This document shows, in pieces, positions 18,175-28,400 of a DNA stretch of 64,000 nt. Position 1 is the stretch's first letter; each line of letters starts with the position of its first letter. The position numbers and the translations under genes were made by a program. The notes under the pieces were generated by a model. It was not told the origin of the DNA. It did no database searches and was given only the letters and a program-made list of their open reading frames with translations. This stretch comes from an uncultured Candidatus Poseidoniales archaeon (GTDB lineage: Archaea; Thermoplasmatota; Poseidoniia; Poseidoniales; Thalassarchaeaceae), in contig CAJJBW010000003.1 of NCBI GenBank assembly GCA_905182515.1, positions 19,248 through 83,247 of the forward strand. Direction: 5' to 3'.

Positions 18175-18775
18175 TGTTATTGGGAGAATGCAAGTAGATT
18201 CTTTTTATTTCAGATGCTTCCCTCCTTCCTCTCAAGGTTCTTCCTTTGCCTGTATGTATGGCCCTTATTTTCCATCTACGGCCCTCAATTTCCATAATTG
18301 TACCGCATGAAAACATCTTCTCAGGAGCACATTCTATTGTAGAAGCTGTACTAATGTCATCCTCAGTCATAGTAATTTTTATTATTTTTTTATCAGTTCT
18401 TATTGCCCACATTGCATAAATTTCTGAAGCAATTAATTTTTTCATGGGTCTTGATATATTATTGTCTATTCTAGTTATCTCCCAATCAGCTCCTTCGAAC
18501 TCAAATATCTCTCCTATTGAAATAATTTCATCACTATCTACTTCTAAAAGGCCAGGTTTACTGATTTTACCTTCGGAAAATGTGGTATTGACAAAAACCG
18601 GCAAAGGAGGTCTTAATTCTATTAGGTGAATATCATTACAATCTATACATTTTGTAAGGATATCTTCTCCTTTTCCTTTTTTTGTCCGCTTTAATATTTC
18701 GTGTTCAGTTAGTTCTAAACATATAGGACAATTTGCCGCATCTAATACGTCATCCTCATCATACTGGGAACTCAT
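18161..18775 (-). CDS. HVO_0476-family zinc finger protein
   Basis: CPIC...HEIL...CIDC..IH followed by duplicated beta domains and a terminal EIKRIY; ATG 18775 preferred. Confidence 0.75.
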   Translation of the reverse strand: MSSQYDEDDVLDAANCPICLELTEHEILKRTKKGKGEDILTKCIDCNDIHLIELRPPLPVFVNTTFSEGKISKPGLLEVDSDEIISIGEIFEFEGADWEITRIDNNISRPMKKLIASEIYAMWAIRTDKKIIKITMTEDDISTASTIECAPEKMFSCGTIMEIEGRRWKIRAIHTGKGRTLRGRREASEIKRIYLHSPNNIIFD

Positions 18776-18851
18776 ATTAATCGCGCACAACTAACTTCTC
18801 TTCAAACCATCCAATAGTGAAAATTGAATAGTTGACTTCCTAGCGGATATT

Positions 18852-19640
18852 ATGAGAGAAGGGGGCGCGGGATCAGGCCTGCCACAAATGTCTGAAAAAG
18901 AGATGTTTGAAAGATTACTTTCAGAAGATGAAATTAGGGGAAAAGATGAGCCTGAGGTGGCTTCAAATATAGGTGACCAAATGATACATATGGGGCTTAG
19001 GCCATTATCCAGAACCATTAGGTCCAGGATTAGGGACATATGCTCCCGTGTCCCTGCAAATAATGTCATATTAGTAGGTGGAGGAATCGGGCACCTTTCT
19101 GCTTGGTTATTTGACATGTGGCATTCGGACCAATTGGAAGAAAATATAGTAACTAAGCCAAAGTCCTTTACAATAATAGAAGAAGGTGGCAAATTTAGCA
19201 TAATCATAAATCGACTAATAAGTAGATATGATGCTGATTCTTGGGCTAAGGTAATCGTTAAACCATGGCCTGAAATAGTTGCAGAAAGTTCTTCATGGTT
19301 TGCTTCGAATGCTGCTTCTTCAGATGCTACTCCCTTTTTATCAATTCCATTACCTGTCGATTTAATGGTCATAGATTTACCTGAAGATGAACGTATCGAT
19401 GCCCTTAATTCCTCATTTGAGTTACTTTCTCCTGGAGGTATAATAATTATTCTGGAACCGGAAGTACCTACTGGAGATGTTGGGGAATTGGAAAGTGGAA
19501 AAGATATGAGTAAGGCGCAAGAAAAGGTCTCGAGATTCAATAGATGGATTAGTTCTGTAAGGTCCTTCAGTCAAGATAATTCATTAGGCTTTGTAGAGTT
19601 AACTGGAGGAACTCTAGTTGTATTGCGCCGTTCAATCTGA
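18852..19640 (+). CDS. Hypothetical protein with a SAM-methyltransferase-like Rossmann fold
   Basis: VILVGGGIGHLS glycine loop, FTIIEE, DLMVID, LLSPGGIIII. Confidence 0.5.
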   Translation: MREGGAGSGLPQMSEKEMFERLLSEDEIRGKDEPEVASNIGDQMIHMGLRPLSRTIRSRIRDICSRVPANNVILVGGGIGHLSAWLFDMWHSDQLEENIVTKPKSFTIIEEGGKFSIIINRLISRYDADSWAKVIVKPWPEIVAESSSWFASNAASSDATPFLSIPLPVDLMVIDLPEDERIDALNSSFELLSPGGIIIILEPEVPTGDVGELESGKDMSKAQEKVSRFNRWISSVRSFSQDNSLGFVELTGGTLVVLRRSI

Positions 19641-20818
19641 ATGTCCTGAATAAAAGGTAATAAACTTGAACCCTCTGAATTGATTTCAACGCTAATTTGA
19701 TTATTATCATTTTTAGCATCTATCAATAAATCAATTCTCATTATACCATAGCCATAGTAATCATCATGCTCATTCTGACTTTCTTTCATTTGAGAATTTT
19801 GTGACAGTAAGTTTTTCACTTCCTCTATAGACTCTCTCCCTTCTGAATTTTCCCTTTGAAGAGCCGGGTATTCTTCCAGTAGTAAAGCCAAAGATCCGGA
19901 AACCCATGCTGTTGCAGCCGATGTTCCGCTAGACCACCCCCACCAATTATTGTTTCCTATGCCACTCGCCATTAAGATAGGAACTTCTTGACTAGGGGCT
20001 ACAACTTCTGGTTTCATATCTGGATTATTCCTTGCAAATATAGGGTTAGGCCATAATCTTCCATCATTATCCCCTACTGAACTCCCTTTCCATATCTCGC
20101 CAGCTCTATTTATTCCTCCTACGCATATTACATCTTCTACGGATCCTGGGGATTCTACGTCTCCATCATCATCCTCTCCATCATTTCCGGCAGCAGCGAC
20201 TACAAAAACTCCCAAATCTAACGCATCTTCAACTGATTGTTCTAATGCATCTGTGGTAAATATTCCAGCACCAAAGCCTTGCTCTCCGCCTAGGCTCAAT
20301 GATATTATATCGGCCCCATTGTCTACACACCATTCAACAGATTGGGATATAGTTTGGTCACTACCAATCCCCTCTTTATCAATGGCTTTAGCGACTAATA
20401 AAGTCACGCCTTGAGCATTACCTTGTAAGCCATTCTTTGCTACTATTATTCCAGCCATTGCAGTGCCATGCCCCTCATCGTCATAGGGAAACTGTTCCTG
20501 ATTGACGAAATCACTCCATTTCTCTAATAAAACGCCATCTAAACCAGGGTGGCTCATATCTATTCCTGAGTCAACAATACACAATGAAACTCCATCTCCA
20601 TTAAGATTTTCTAAATTACTTATTCCTGTAATATCTTTATATTCATTTTCCCAAATCACCAATGCCCCTGAAGGGCCCTCTGAAATAATGCCGTCTATGC
20701 TTGGCCAAAGATAAATAATTGAAATTGAAACCATTAACAATGAAACTAAAAGAGTAAGTACAATACTTACCATGTAGAATGCTGAATCATTTTCTTTCTT
20801 GTTGTCATCAATTTCCAT
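19571..20818 (-). CDS. Membrane-anchored subtilisin-like S8 serine peptidase
   Basis: Catalytic triad motifs IVDSGID, GHGTAMAG, SGTSAA; oxyanion AAAGND; N-terminal TM. Confidence 0.92.
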   Translation of the reverse strand: MEIDDNKKENDSAFYMVSIVLTLLVSLLMVSISIIYLWPSIDGIISEGPSGALVIWENEYKDITGISNLENLNGDGVSLCIVDSGIDMSHPGLDGVLLEKWSDFVNQEQFPYDDEGHGTAMAGIIVAKNGLQGNAQGVTLLVAKAIDKEGIGSDQTISQSVEWCVDNGADIISLSLGGEQGFGAGIFTTDALEQSVEDALDLGVFVVAAAGNDGEDDDGDVESPGSVEDVICVGGINRAGEIWKGSSVGDNDGRLWPNPIFARNNPDMKPEVVAPSQEVPILMASGIGNNNWWGWSSGTSAATAWVSGSLALLLEEYPALQRENSEGRESIEEVKNLLSQNSQMKESQNEHDDYYGYGIMRIDLLIDAKNDNNQISVEINSEGSSLLPFIQDIQIERRNTTRVPPVNSTKPNELS

Positions 20819-20857
20819 ATATATTTACACATCCATGTGTGGACTAATAATGATATT

Positions 20858-22021
20858 TCACCAAGTATCATGATCTCCAAAGTGACTATCAATCGGCGTA
20901 TTGGAATTACAACTTCTACATTTTAACCTAGTAGGTAACTTCTCTCCACATTCATCGCATTCATTACCAATCATTCCTTTACCTTTGCAATCAATTTCTG
21001 AGCAGGGAACTTCTATTTTTCCCGATGCGAATTTTTTCGCTGTAGTTTCAATATTACATATCGGGCACAACCCTTGTTCAACTTTGGGCTGGATATCTAT
21101 ATTCTCTCCTGCAACCTCTCTAGCTCTTACGGATTGAATCCTATCTTCTGCAGACCCTAACATAAAGTGAGGAAACCATATTATTACTAATAGCATCAAT
21201 ACTGATATTACTCCTGACAAAACATATAACAATATTAGTAAATAATTCAAACTTTCTGATTGCATGTTCATTCTACTTGCAACGGCATGAGATCCTGACC
21301 AGGACATAACGTTAATTGCAAAAATTAGAATCCCCATTTCCAAATCCCATGCCTTTAGGCTATGGTCTTCCCATGATTTTTCTACTACTCTCGGATCAGG
21401 ATGTGCATGCCTTTCTTGTACGTGTATATCTCGAGTTTCTTTCACTGCCCTATGTACTACTATTATGGCTAAAAAGAAAAGGATTATGTTCCCAATCAAT
21501 ACTCCTCCTAAGTCAGATAATTTTGAATTAAAAGGAAAAGAGGGGTTACTTGCATGCGAAGCCATGTATCCATACTGAACTGCAAAAGTACCAATTAAGA
21601 TATATATTATATTTTCTCTCATAATTGGATATTCTGACCATAAAGAAATGATTATGCCCAACCAGCAAATAACTGATAATAAAGATAACATTAATGTCCA
21701 ATCAGATACTTGTAAAAATCCACTATTTTCTCCAAAAATACCGAATCTATTGTAATCTCCACCTTGCGATAGTTCTCCTATTCCAATGTCCCATGAGCCC
21801 ATTGTAAATGCCAATACTCCTAACATTATGATTGTTAATTCTTTAATTCCCCATTTATGCCTTATTAGAGTGGCCTGAAATATCAAACCCCTTCTAATGT
21901 CGTCCAAAAGATGGAAATTACTATTGATTTCAGATAACTTGTATTCTAACTTTATCTGACTAAGCCTTATTTCCTTTGGAGTTGAAATATGGCTATCAAT
22001 TTGCGATATCTCGTCCTCCAT
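20858..22021 (-). CDS. Hypothetical polytopic membrane protein with C-terminal zinc ribbons
   Basis: About 7 hydrophobic segments; C-terminal CPIC, CSEIDC, CDEC, CRSC. Confidence 0.75.
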   Translation of the reverse strand: MEDEISQIDSHISTPKEIRLSQIKLEYKLSEINSNFHLLDDIRRGLIFQATLIRHKWGIKELTIIMLGVLAFTMGSWDIGIGELSQGGDYNRFGIFGENSGFLQVSDWTLMLSLLSVICWLGIIISLWSEYPIMRENIIYILIGTFAVQYGYMASHASNPSFPFNSKLSDLGGVLIGNIILFFLAIIVVHRAVKETRDIHVQERHAHPDPRVVEKSWEDHSLKAWDLEMGILIFAINVMSWSGSHAVASRMNMQSESLNYLLILLYVLSGVISVLMLLVIIWFPHFMLGSAEDRIQSVRAREVAGENIDIQPKVEQGLCPICNIETTAKKFASGKIEVPCSEIDCKGKGMIGNECDECGEKLPTRLKCRSCNSNTPIDSHFGDHDTW

Positions 22022-22099
22022 GAGTTACCCAAACGTCAATACTGCATAAGTTACGTGTATATTTGTCTATCAAATTAGTTTTTTTTAATATCTAATTAG

Positions 22100-22185
22100 T
22101 GGCGCCGAGAGAGAGATTTGAACTCCCGAGGGAAAATCCCACATGATTTCCAGTCATGCGCAATACCAGGCTATGCGATCTCGGC
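22100..22185 (-). tRNA. tRNA-Ser(GGA)
   Basis: Reverse complement GCCGAGA...CATGA-CTGGAAA-TCATG, long variable arm, TTCAAAT T-loop, G73, CCA. Confidence 0.95.
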
Positions 22186-22287
22186 AGGCAGCCCTCCGAA
22201 TGAAGAGTCAGTTTTGAGTTTGTTGCATTATTTCTTGCAATGTACAATCCATAGTGATTAAAACTTCGTTATGTTGCGACTCTTGTC

Positions 22288-22362
22288 GCCACTGTGGCTT
22301 AGGGGTATAGCATCCCATTGGTAATGGGAAGGTCGGGAGTTCAAATCTCCCCAGTGGCTCCA
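22288..22362 (+). tRNA. tRNA-Thr(GGT)
   Basis: GCCACTG/CAGTGGC acceptor, TCCCA-TTGGTAA-TGGGA anticodon arm, T73, CCA. Confidence 0.95.
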
Positions 22363-22478
22363 ATACTTATTAGTAAGATTTTCTAATTATTAAGTATAAT
22401 TTACTTTTTAACTTATAAAATACTCATAATGACTTTTTAAGTAATTAACTTGATAATCTACCTAATATACAGAGTGGC

Positions 22479-25400
22479 ATGGATAACTCCAAGAGAACAC
22501 TCGCCGTTACTCTCGTATTCTTGATGATAGGCGCCCCTTTGGCAAATGCAGGCGTATCTAATTGGGGCTCTTCTAATAATTTAAATTCCAATGGGAGCTC
22601 CACAACAGTTACAGCATTTGAAATTCCTGGTAATTCTACTATAATGGATGGGTGGCTTCATGTTACGGATTCTTACATGGCCACATCTACAGAAAACGGA
22701 ATATCATGGGAAGGTGAAGATTTTTCTGATGGAATTGCATATGGGACATTTTTGAATGAAGATGGCCATTTGACCATAATTGATGATGGGACTAGATCAA
22801 ATATAAGCAGTTTTGATGTCGGCGACATTTCGGTTAGTATGAACTCTAAATACAAATATACTCCAGGTTGGAGGCATATTTATACTCTAAGTTCGCAAAA
22901 CAGTGTTTCTGAATGTAGTAGTCAAAACGCACAAGTATTATCTCACGGTTTTGATAATGATTTTGATGTTATATTAGATTCTATGGAGATAATTGAAACT
23001 ATATATTATTGCGATACTTTTTCTAAACAAGATACAATTCAGGATTTAACTATTATTTCAGAAGGGGATGATTACTATGCAGGCAATCTATCTGCTTCAG
23101 GAGGGGGTGGTGAAAATTTTTCTGGAACTTATGAAATTAGTTCAGGCATAACCTCCATATCAATTAACAATGCTGGATCGGGTTATTCTACTGCGGATGA
23201 TATTACGATCGGCTGCCAATGTGAAGGTTATGATGCCAATGCCTCAATCACTTCAGTTGATGGTAGCGGTGGAATTGAAAGTATCATTGTCGATGATGCT
23301 GGCTCCGGATATACTTTAGATGATAATGTACTCTTTTCAATATCAGGTTCAGGAAGTGGGGCCAATCTCGATGCAGTCCTGGAATCTACAGGAGTAATTA
23401 ATACATTAGAAATTACTAATGAGGGGTATAATTATACTAGTATTCCTACAATAATAATTAGTGATTCATCAGGTTCAGGGGCTTCAATTTCTCCAACTCT
23501 TGGTGCTTATTTTGAATACGAACTAGATATTGATTCATTATCTGGTGGTAATTCTAATTGTGAATTTGGTGGGTTTGAGGTTAAAAGTGGACTTGATTAT
23601 AACGGCAATCGTAACCTTGGTACTGATGAAATTCAGAATACAAGTTACCTTTGTAATATTGTTAAATCGTGGGAAGCTACAACTTTCACTGGTTTGAATG
23701 GAACTATTTATGGTAATCAACAAAACATGAGTTATGGCGTAATACCTGCATCAGCATCAAGCGGAGTTGTTGCGATTGCTACTATGCCGGGTTCTCCCTT
23801 GCCGGCCGGAACTGATACTTCATTCGTAATTCCTCAAGTAAGCATCCCCTTTTATGATGATATAGAAAACTATTACTTATCTTTTGATCATTGGTACCAC
23901 GTAGATAGCACTGCTTCTGGGGGTGGAGATGGCGCATGGGTAGAATACCGAATAAAAGATTCGGAGACTTGGAATGATTGGAAATATGTCGCCCCAGATT
24001 TAGGGTATCCAAGTACAATGTCTACTGACTCACCGGTCCCTAATGGAGCTCCTTCTGAAGTGGCCATTCCTGTGTTTGCTTCTGATTCCTATAGTGGATG
24101 GGTCTCTAGTACCTTCGACATAGAATCTTTGGTAAATGAAACTTCTTCGGATATACAATTCAGATTCCATATTTGGACCCATCCTGATGCAGAAAATGAG
24201 CGTCCAGGGTGGTTTATTGATAATATCAATTTTAATAATGATGGCATAAATTATGGTGCTTGGCACCATGGTTGTTATGATCCAAGTGGTAATTTATGTT
24301 CATATTCTGCTAATGCTTATGGATCTCTCACTAGAGATATTGATTTGTCCGGGACAAATAGCACCTCCAAAATTGAAATAGATATGGAATGGGATTTAGA
24401 AGGTGTCTCAAATGATAACGCATGTGTCGAAATCTCCTTAGATCAAAGCACATGGTATGATATATCATCTACTAACCCATCTACTTCTTCAGATTGTGCG
24501 GCAAGGAGTGGTGCTATACCTGGCACCGGATATACTGCAGATAATGGCGTGACATATACGGATCAAAGCGGTCGATTGAGAACAGTTTCACTAGATATCC
24601 CCAATTCTTTCTATAACCAAGGAACAGCATACTTGAGAATTGTTGTAAATACTAATTATTACACTAATTATGGCGGCGCTCAAGATTCAAAAGAAGGTCT
24701 GACAGTAGATGAGATTAGGATTGTAGATTATAATGGCTCAAATCTGTTCTTTGATGATTTAGAAACATCTACCTCAATGTCACATACTTCCATAGGTACT
24801 GCCGTAGATGATTGGTATCATCATGTATTATTACGTGGAAATCAAGAAATAAGGATGAATTTTGAAGATTCTACAGCTAGTGCCCCTTCGGTTTCAGATG
24901 CCCCGGGTTGGGCTAGATCTCAAGCCAGTTCATGTAGTTCAGATACTTGTAAATGGACCTTGAATAAAATTGGGGCTAATTCCGGCCCTCCTAGTACTAC
25001 TTCATTCCCGTACTCTTATGGTGTTGCTTTTTCAGGAAATTATGATGGAGGAATTACTGAAGCTAAATTAATTTCACCAGAATATGAAATACCAGCTAAT
25101 GGAAACGCATTTTTAATGTTCGATCATTGGGTGGCGATGGAGCCTAATTGGGATGGCGGCGCTGTATTCATAAAAGTTAACGGAGGATCTTGGCAACATT
25201 TTGATCCAGGAAATTGGTATGATAGTCAAGTTAGTTATAATTACAATAACTTATATGGATATGACACATTCTCTTCCCAATCGTCACCTTCGGGCGGAAT
25301 GAAAAGTATGCAAGCAAGTTTACTTAGTTACCAAGGTGACACTGTCAAATTCAAATTTTCATTGGGTTCTGATTCCTATCAAGAATATGGAGGTTGGTTT

Positions 25401-28400
25401 ATCGATAATGCAGGGGTAAAAATCGCTAATTATGGCGAACCTGGAGATTGGATAAGTCCATCATTTTCAATCTCAGAATTTAATCAATTTAATGTAGGTA
25501 TGGTGGATATAGATGCCATAATACCAGAAAATACCTCAGTTACCGCCTCTTTGATAGATTATACAACTGGCTTAGTTATCCCTGGATTCTCGGATGTAAC
25601 CTTTCCAATTTCGTTATCGGGTATAGATTCTATTACTCACACTCAAATAAAATTACAAGTTCATTTGTCCACTTCAGATATGGAAGCAACCCCTTCAATA
25701 AAGAAAATAAGTATAGGTGGTAAAAGGTTCCTTAATGCAGATACAGGGGGAAATGGGTGGGAATTTAGTTCTGGAGTTGAAGAAATAAATGGACTGTTGA
25801 ATGCAACAACAATATCGGGAAGTTTAATTTCTGATTTTATTCCATCCTCTCGCCCTATCAAGGCGATAAATATAGGAGGCAATTTATCTAACGGTGTAAC
25901 TGTTACGGTATTGAATAAATTTGGCTCAACTCTCGGGCAAGCCTCAAAAGGGGGCGGAGTTACTTTCAATACTCCTCAACCTGGATTTGGATTGTCTGTC
26001 AGCCTTCCCACTAATGCATGGATCGATAGGCTGGTAATTTCTTCAATTTTTGCTGCACCTGCTTCTAATCCGGTGGTTGATGTTTTGAATGATGGTTCAT
26101 CTGAATGGTCTTTCTTACAGGGGGATTCCTATGGGCATTATGGATGGCAGTCTACATTTACTAGCCCTACTTCAGATGAATTTGCCACTAGTAAGACACT
26201 TTATTTGGATGGTATTAATTCTCAAACCGTGTATTTCAGAATACCTGCAGATGCAAATGTTAACTCTGGGGTGATATCAATATCATCAGATAATGATGGT
26301 TTTGACGGCCCAGTAAGTCTTTCTATAGCAGGCTCTTCACAATCTGTTCAATCTAGTAATGATATTTCTTACAATGTTCTTAATTCTGCACAAATATCAG
26401 GCATAGTTCTCATGAATCCTTCTCATACTGATTCAGATTCTGGTAGATTTTGGAAAGAAGTTCCAGTTGAAGTAGATTCTAACTCTCCTCAAGTTGTAAA
26501 ATTATCCGGCCTTGGCGTTGGATATACAATCTTTGAAAACGTCTCAGGCCTAGAAGGCATGATATCCTCATATCACGAACAAGTTATCTCAGAAAATCCA
26601 AATTTTGATAAAGTTGATATCCCTGTAACTCTATCTGCAGACATTGGATCAATTTCTATAGATGGGAGTATTATTTATGATTTCCTCATAAAAAATAGGG
26701 ATTTTGATGTCCCCAATACTCTATATCCTAATGGTGAATCAGTTGAAATAGTTACTTCGCATCATCATCTTTATGATAACTCAGAATTATCCGAAATAAC
26801 TCTAGAAGGAATAGCGTCTGATGGGAATGTAATAATGTTCAAGGTTGAAAATGGTGCTGATGGTTTATGGGGGGCTGGTTCAGAGCCAGTACTTTTCTCT
26901 CAGACTTCTGGTTCAAATAAAGTTACATTTGATGCCTATTCTAGCTACATTGAAGAAATAACTGCATCTGATGGTTATGTGGACATCACTTCTCATTGGA
27001 TATTTGACGTTTCATGGAATTGGGATGATGTTGAAGATATCCTATGGACTTCTAGGGCGAACGACAACAATGGAGATACTATTTGGCCCGCGCAAGCGTA
27101 TAGTGGCAAATCAGGGTCACAAGCAGTTGAAAATGATATTCAAATTGATACTTTCAATATTTTTGATAATGAAAATAGACTTATTTCTAATATATATGAT
27201 AATTTACTATATCCTTTCCCAATATTGGAAGGAAGTATCTTGAATATCTCTGGAAATGTTAGATTTCAAGATTCTTCTAGTAATAGGCCAATGGCTTCAG
27301 ATTTCTCTGTCGGATTAAATATATCTGGTAATTTGATACCTTTGGAATCAGGGGAAAACGGGGAATTCTTTGGTACTGTTACTACTCCCTCTGATTATTC
27401 ACTATTATCAGTATCACCAATCATAATTTCGATTGGCCCAAATAGTGGTGCAACCGGAGCTCAAGATGTTACAGGTCAACCCACTCCAATTGATATCTTA
27501 GTAGACACAAATCCTCCTTTGGCGGGGCCAATACAAGTTAATACCCCTATTGGATTACAGTTTGCTGATGGCATGGTCTGTGACCCAACATCTCCATTTA
27601 GAGCATACATAACTGTCAGCGAAGCCGAAGCACGTGGCGATTCTATAACTCTCAAATATTGGAGAACAGGTGTCGATGACCTAAATGGCGATGGCATTGC
27701 TACAGAGGGCGAATATTTATCTCAAACTCAATCATTAACCCCTGGTCTGACTGGTCAGCAACAAGTTCAGTTTAGTGGTATTGATGTGTCTGCACTTGAT
27801 AATGAGCCAATACATCTCTATATCGAAGGGACAGATTGGGCAGGATTGAGCTACCAAGAAGGAGCGTCAGGTGGTTCTTCAGGTGCAGATAACTCGTGGG
27901 CAAGTGTGATTATAGCCGTAGATGAACCAACTCAATTTGCTGGAGATAGCATAGGAGTAGGCCAAGGCAAAAATTCTGCATTCGATTTAAATCGAAAAAC
28001 TTCTGATAATATTGATTATTATCTTTTACCAGATGTTTTACATGTATTCTCTGTTCAAATAGATGATATCAACGGCCTCATTACTTTGGATAATATAACT
28101 GTAATGCTATGCGGATATGGCAGCAATTTAGGGTTGTTTACTTATGAGCCATGGTCCGGAGTTATGTGGACTCCAGAGGGAAGTATGACGACCCCAATTG
28201 GTTTCCAAACAGAAAAAATTACTGATTCGGTAACAAAATTAGAGTTAAGTTTCAAACTTTCATGGGATTTCCCTTGGGATGATGATACACCCAATTGCAA
28301 ACCTAGGGTTACAGTAGATGATAATCTCATAACAGTGGCTGAGTCTCAAGTTTTAAGTGCCCTTTCTTGGAAATTAGATAATAAAATAACTGCAATACCT

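Noticed and set aside
18791-19540. 249-aa minus-strand ORF and the many other 60-180 aa nested ORFs in the track
   Set aside because: Antisense or off-frame shadows of better-supported genes, with Ser/Ile/Phe-rich composition typical of the reverse strand of acidic proteins.
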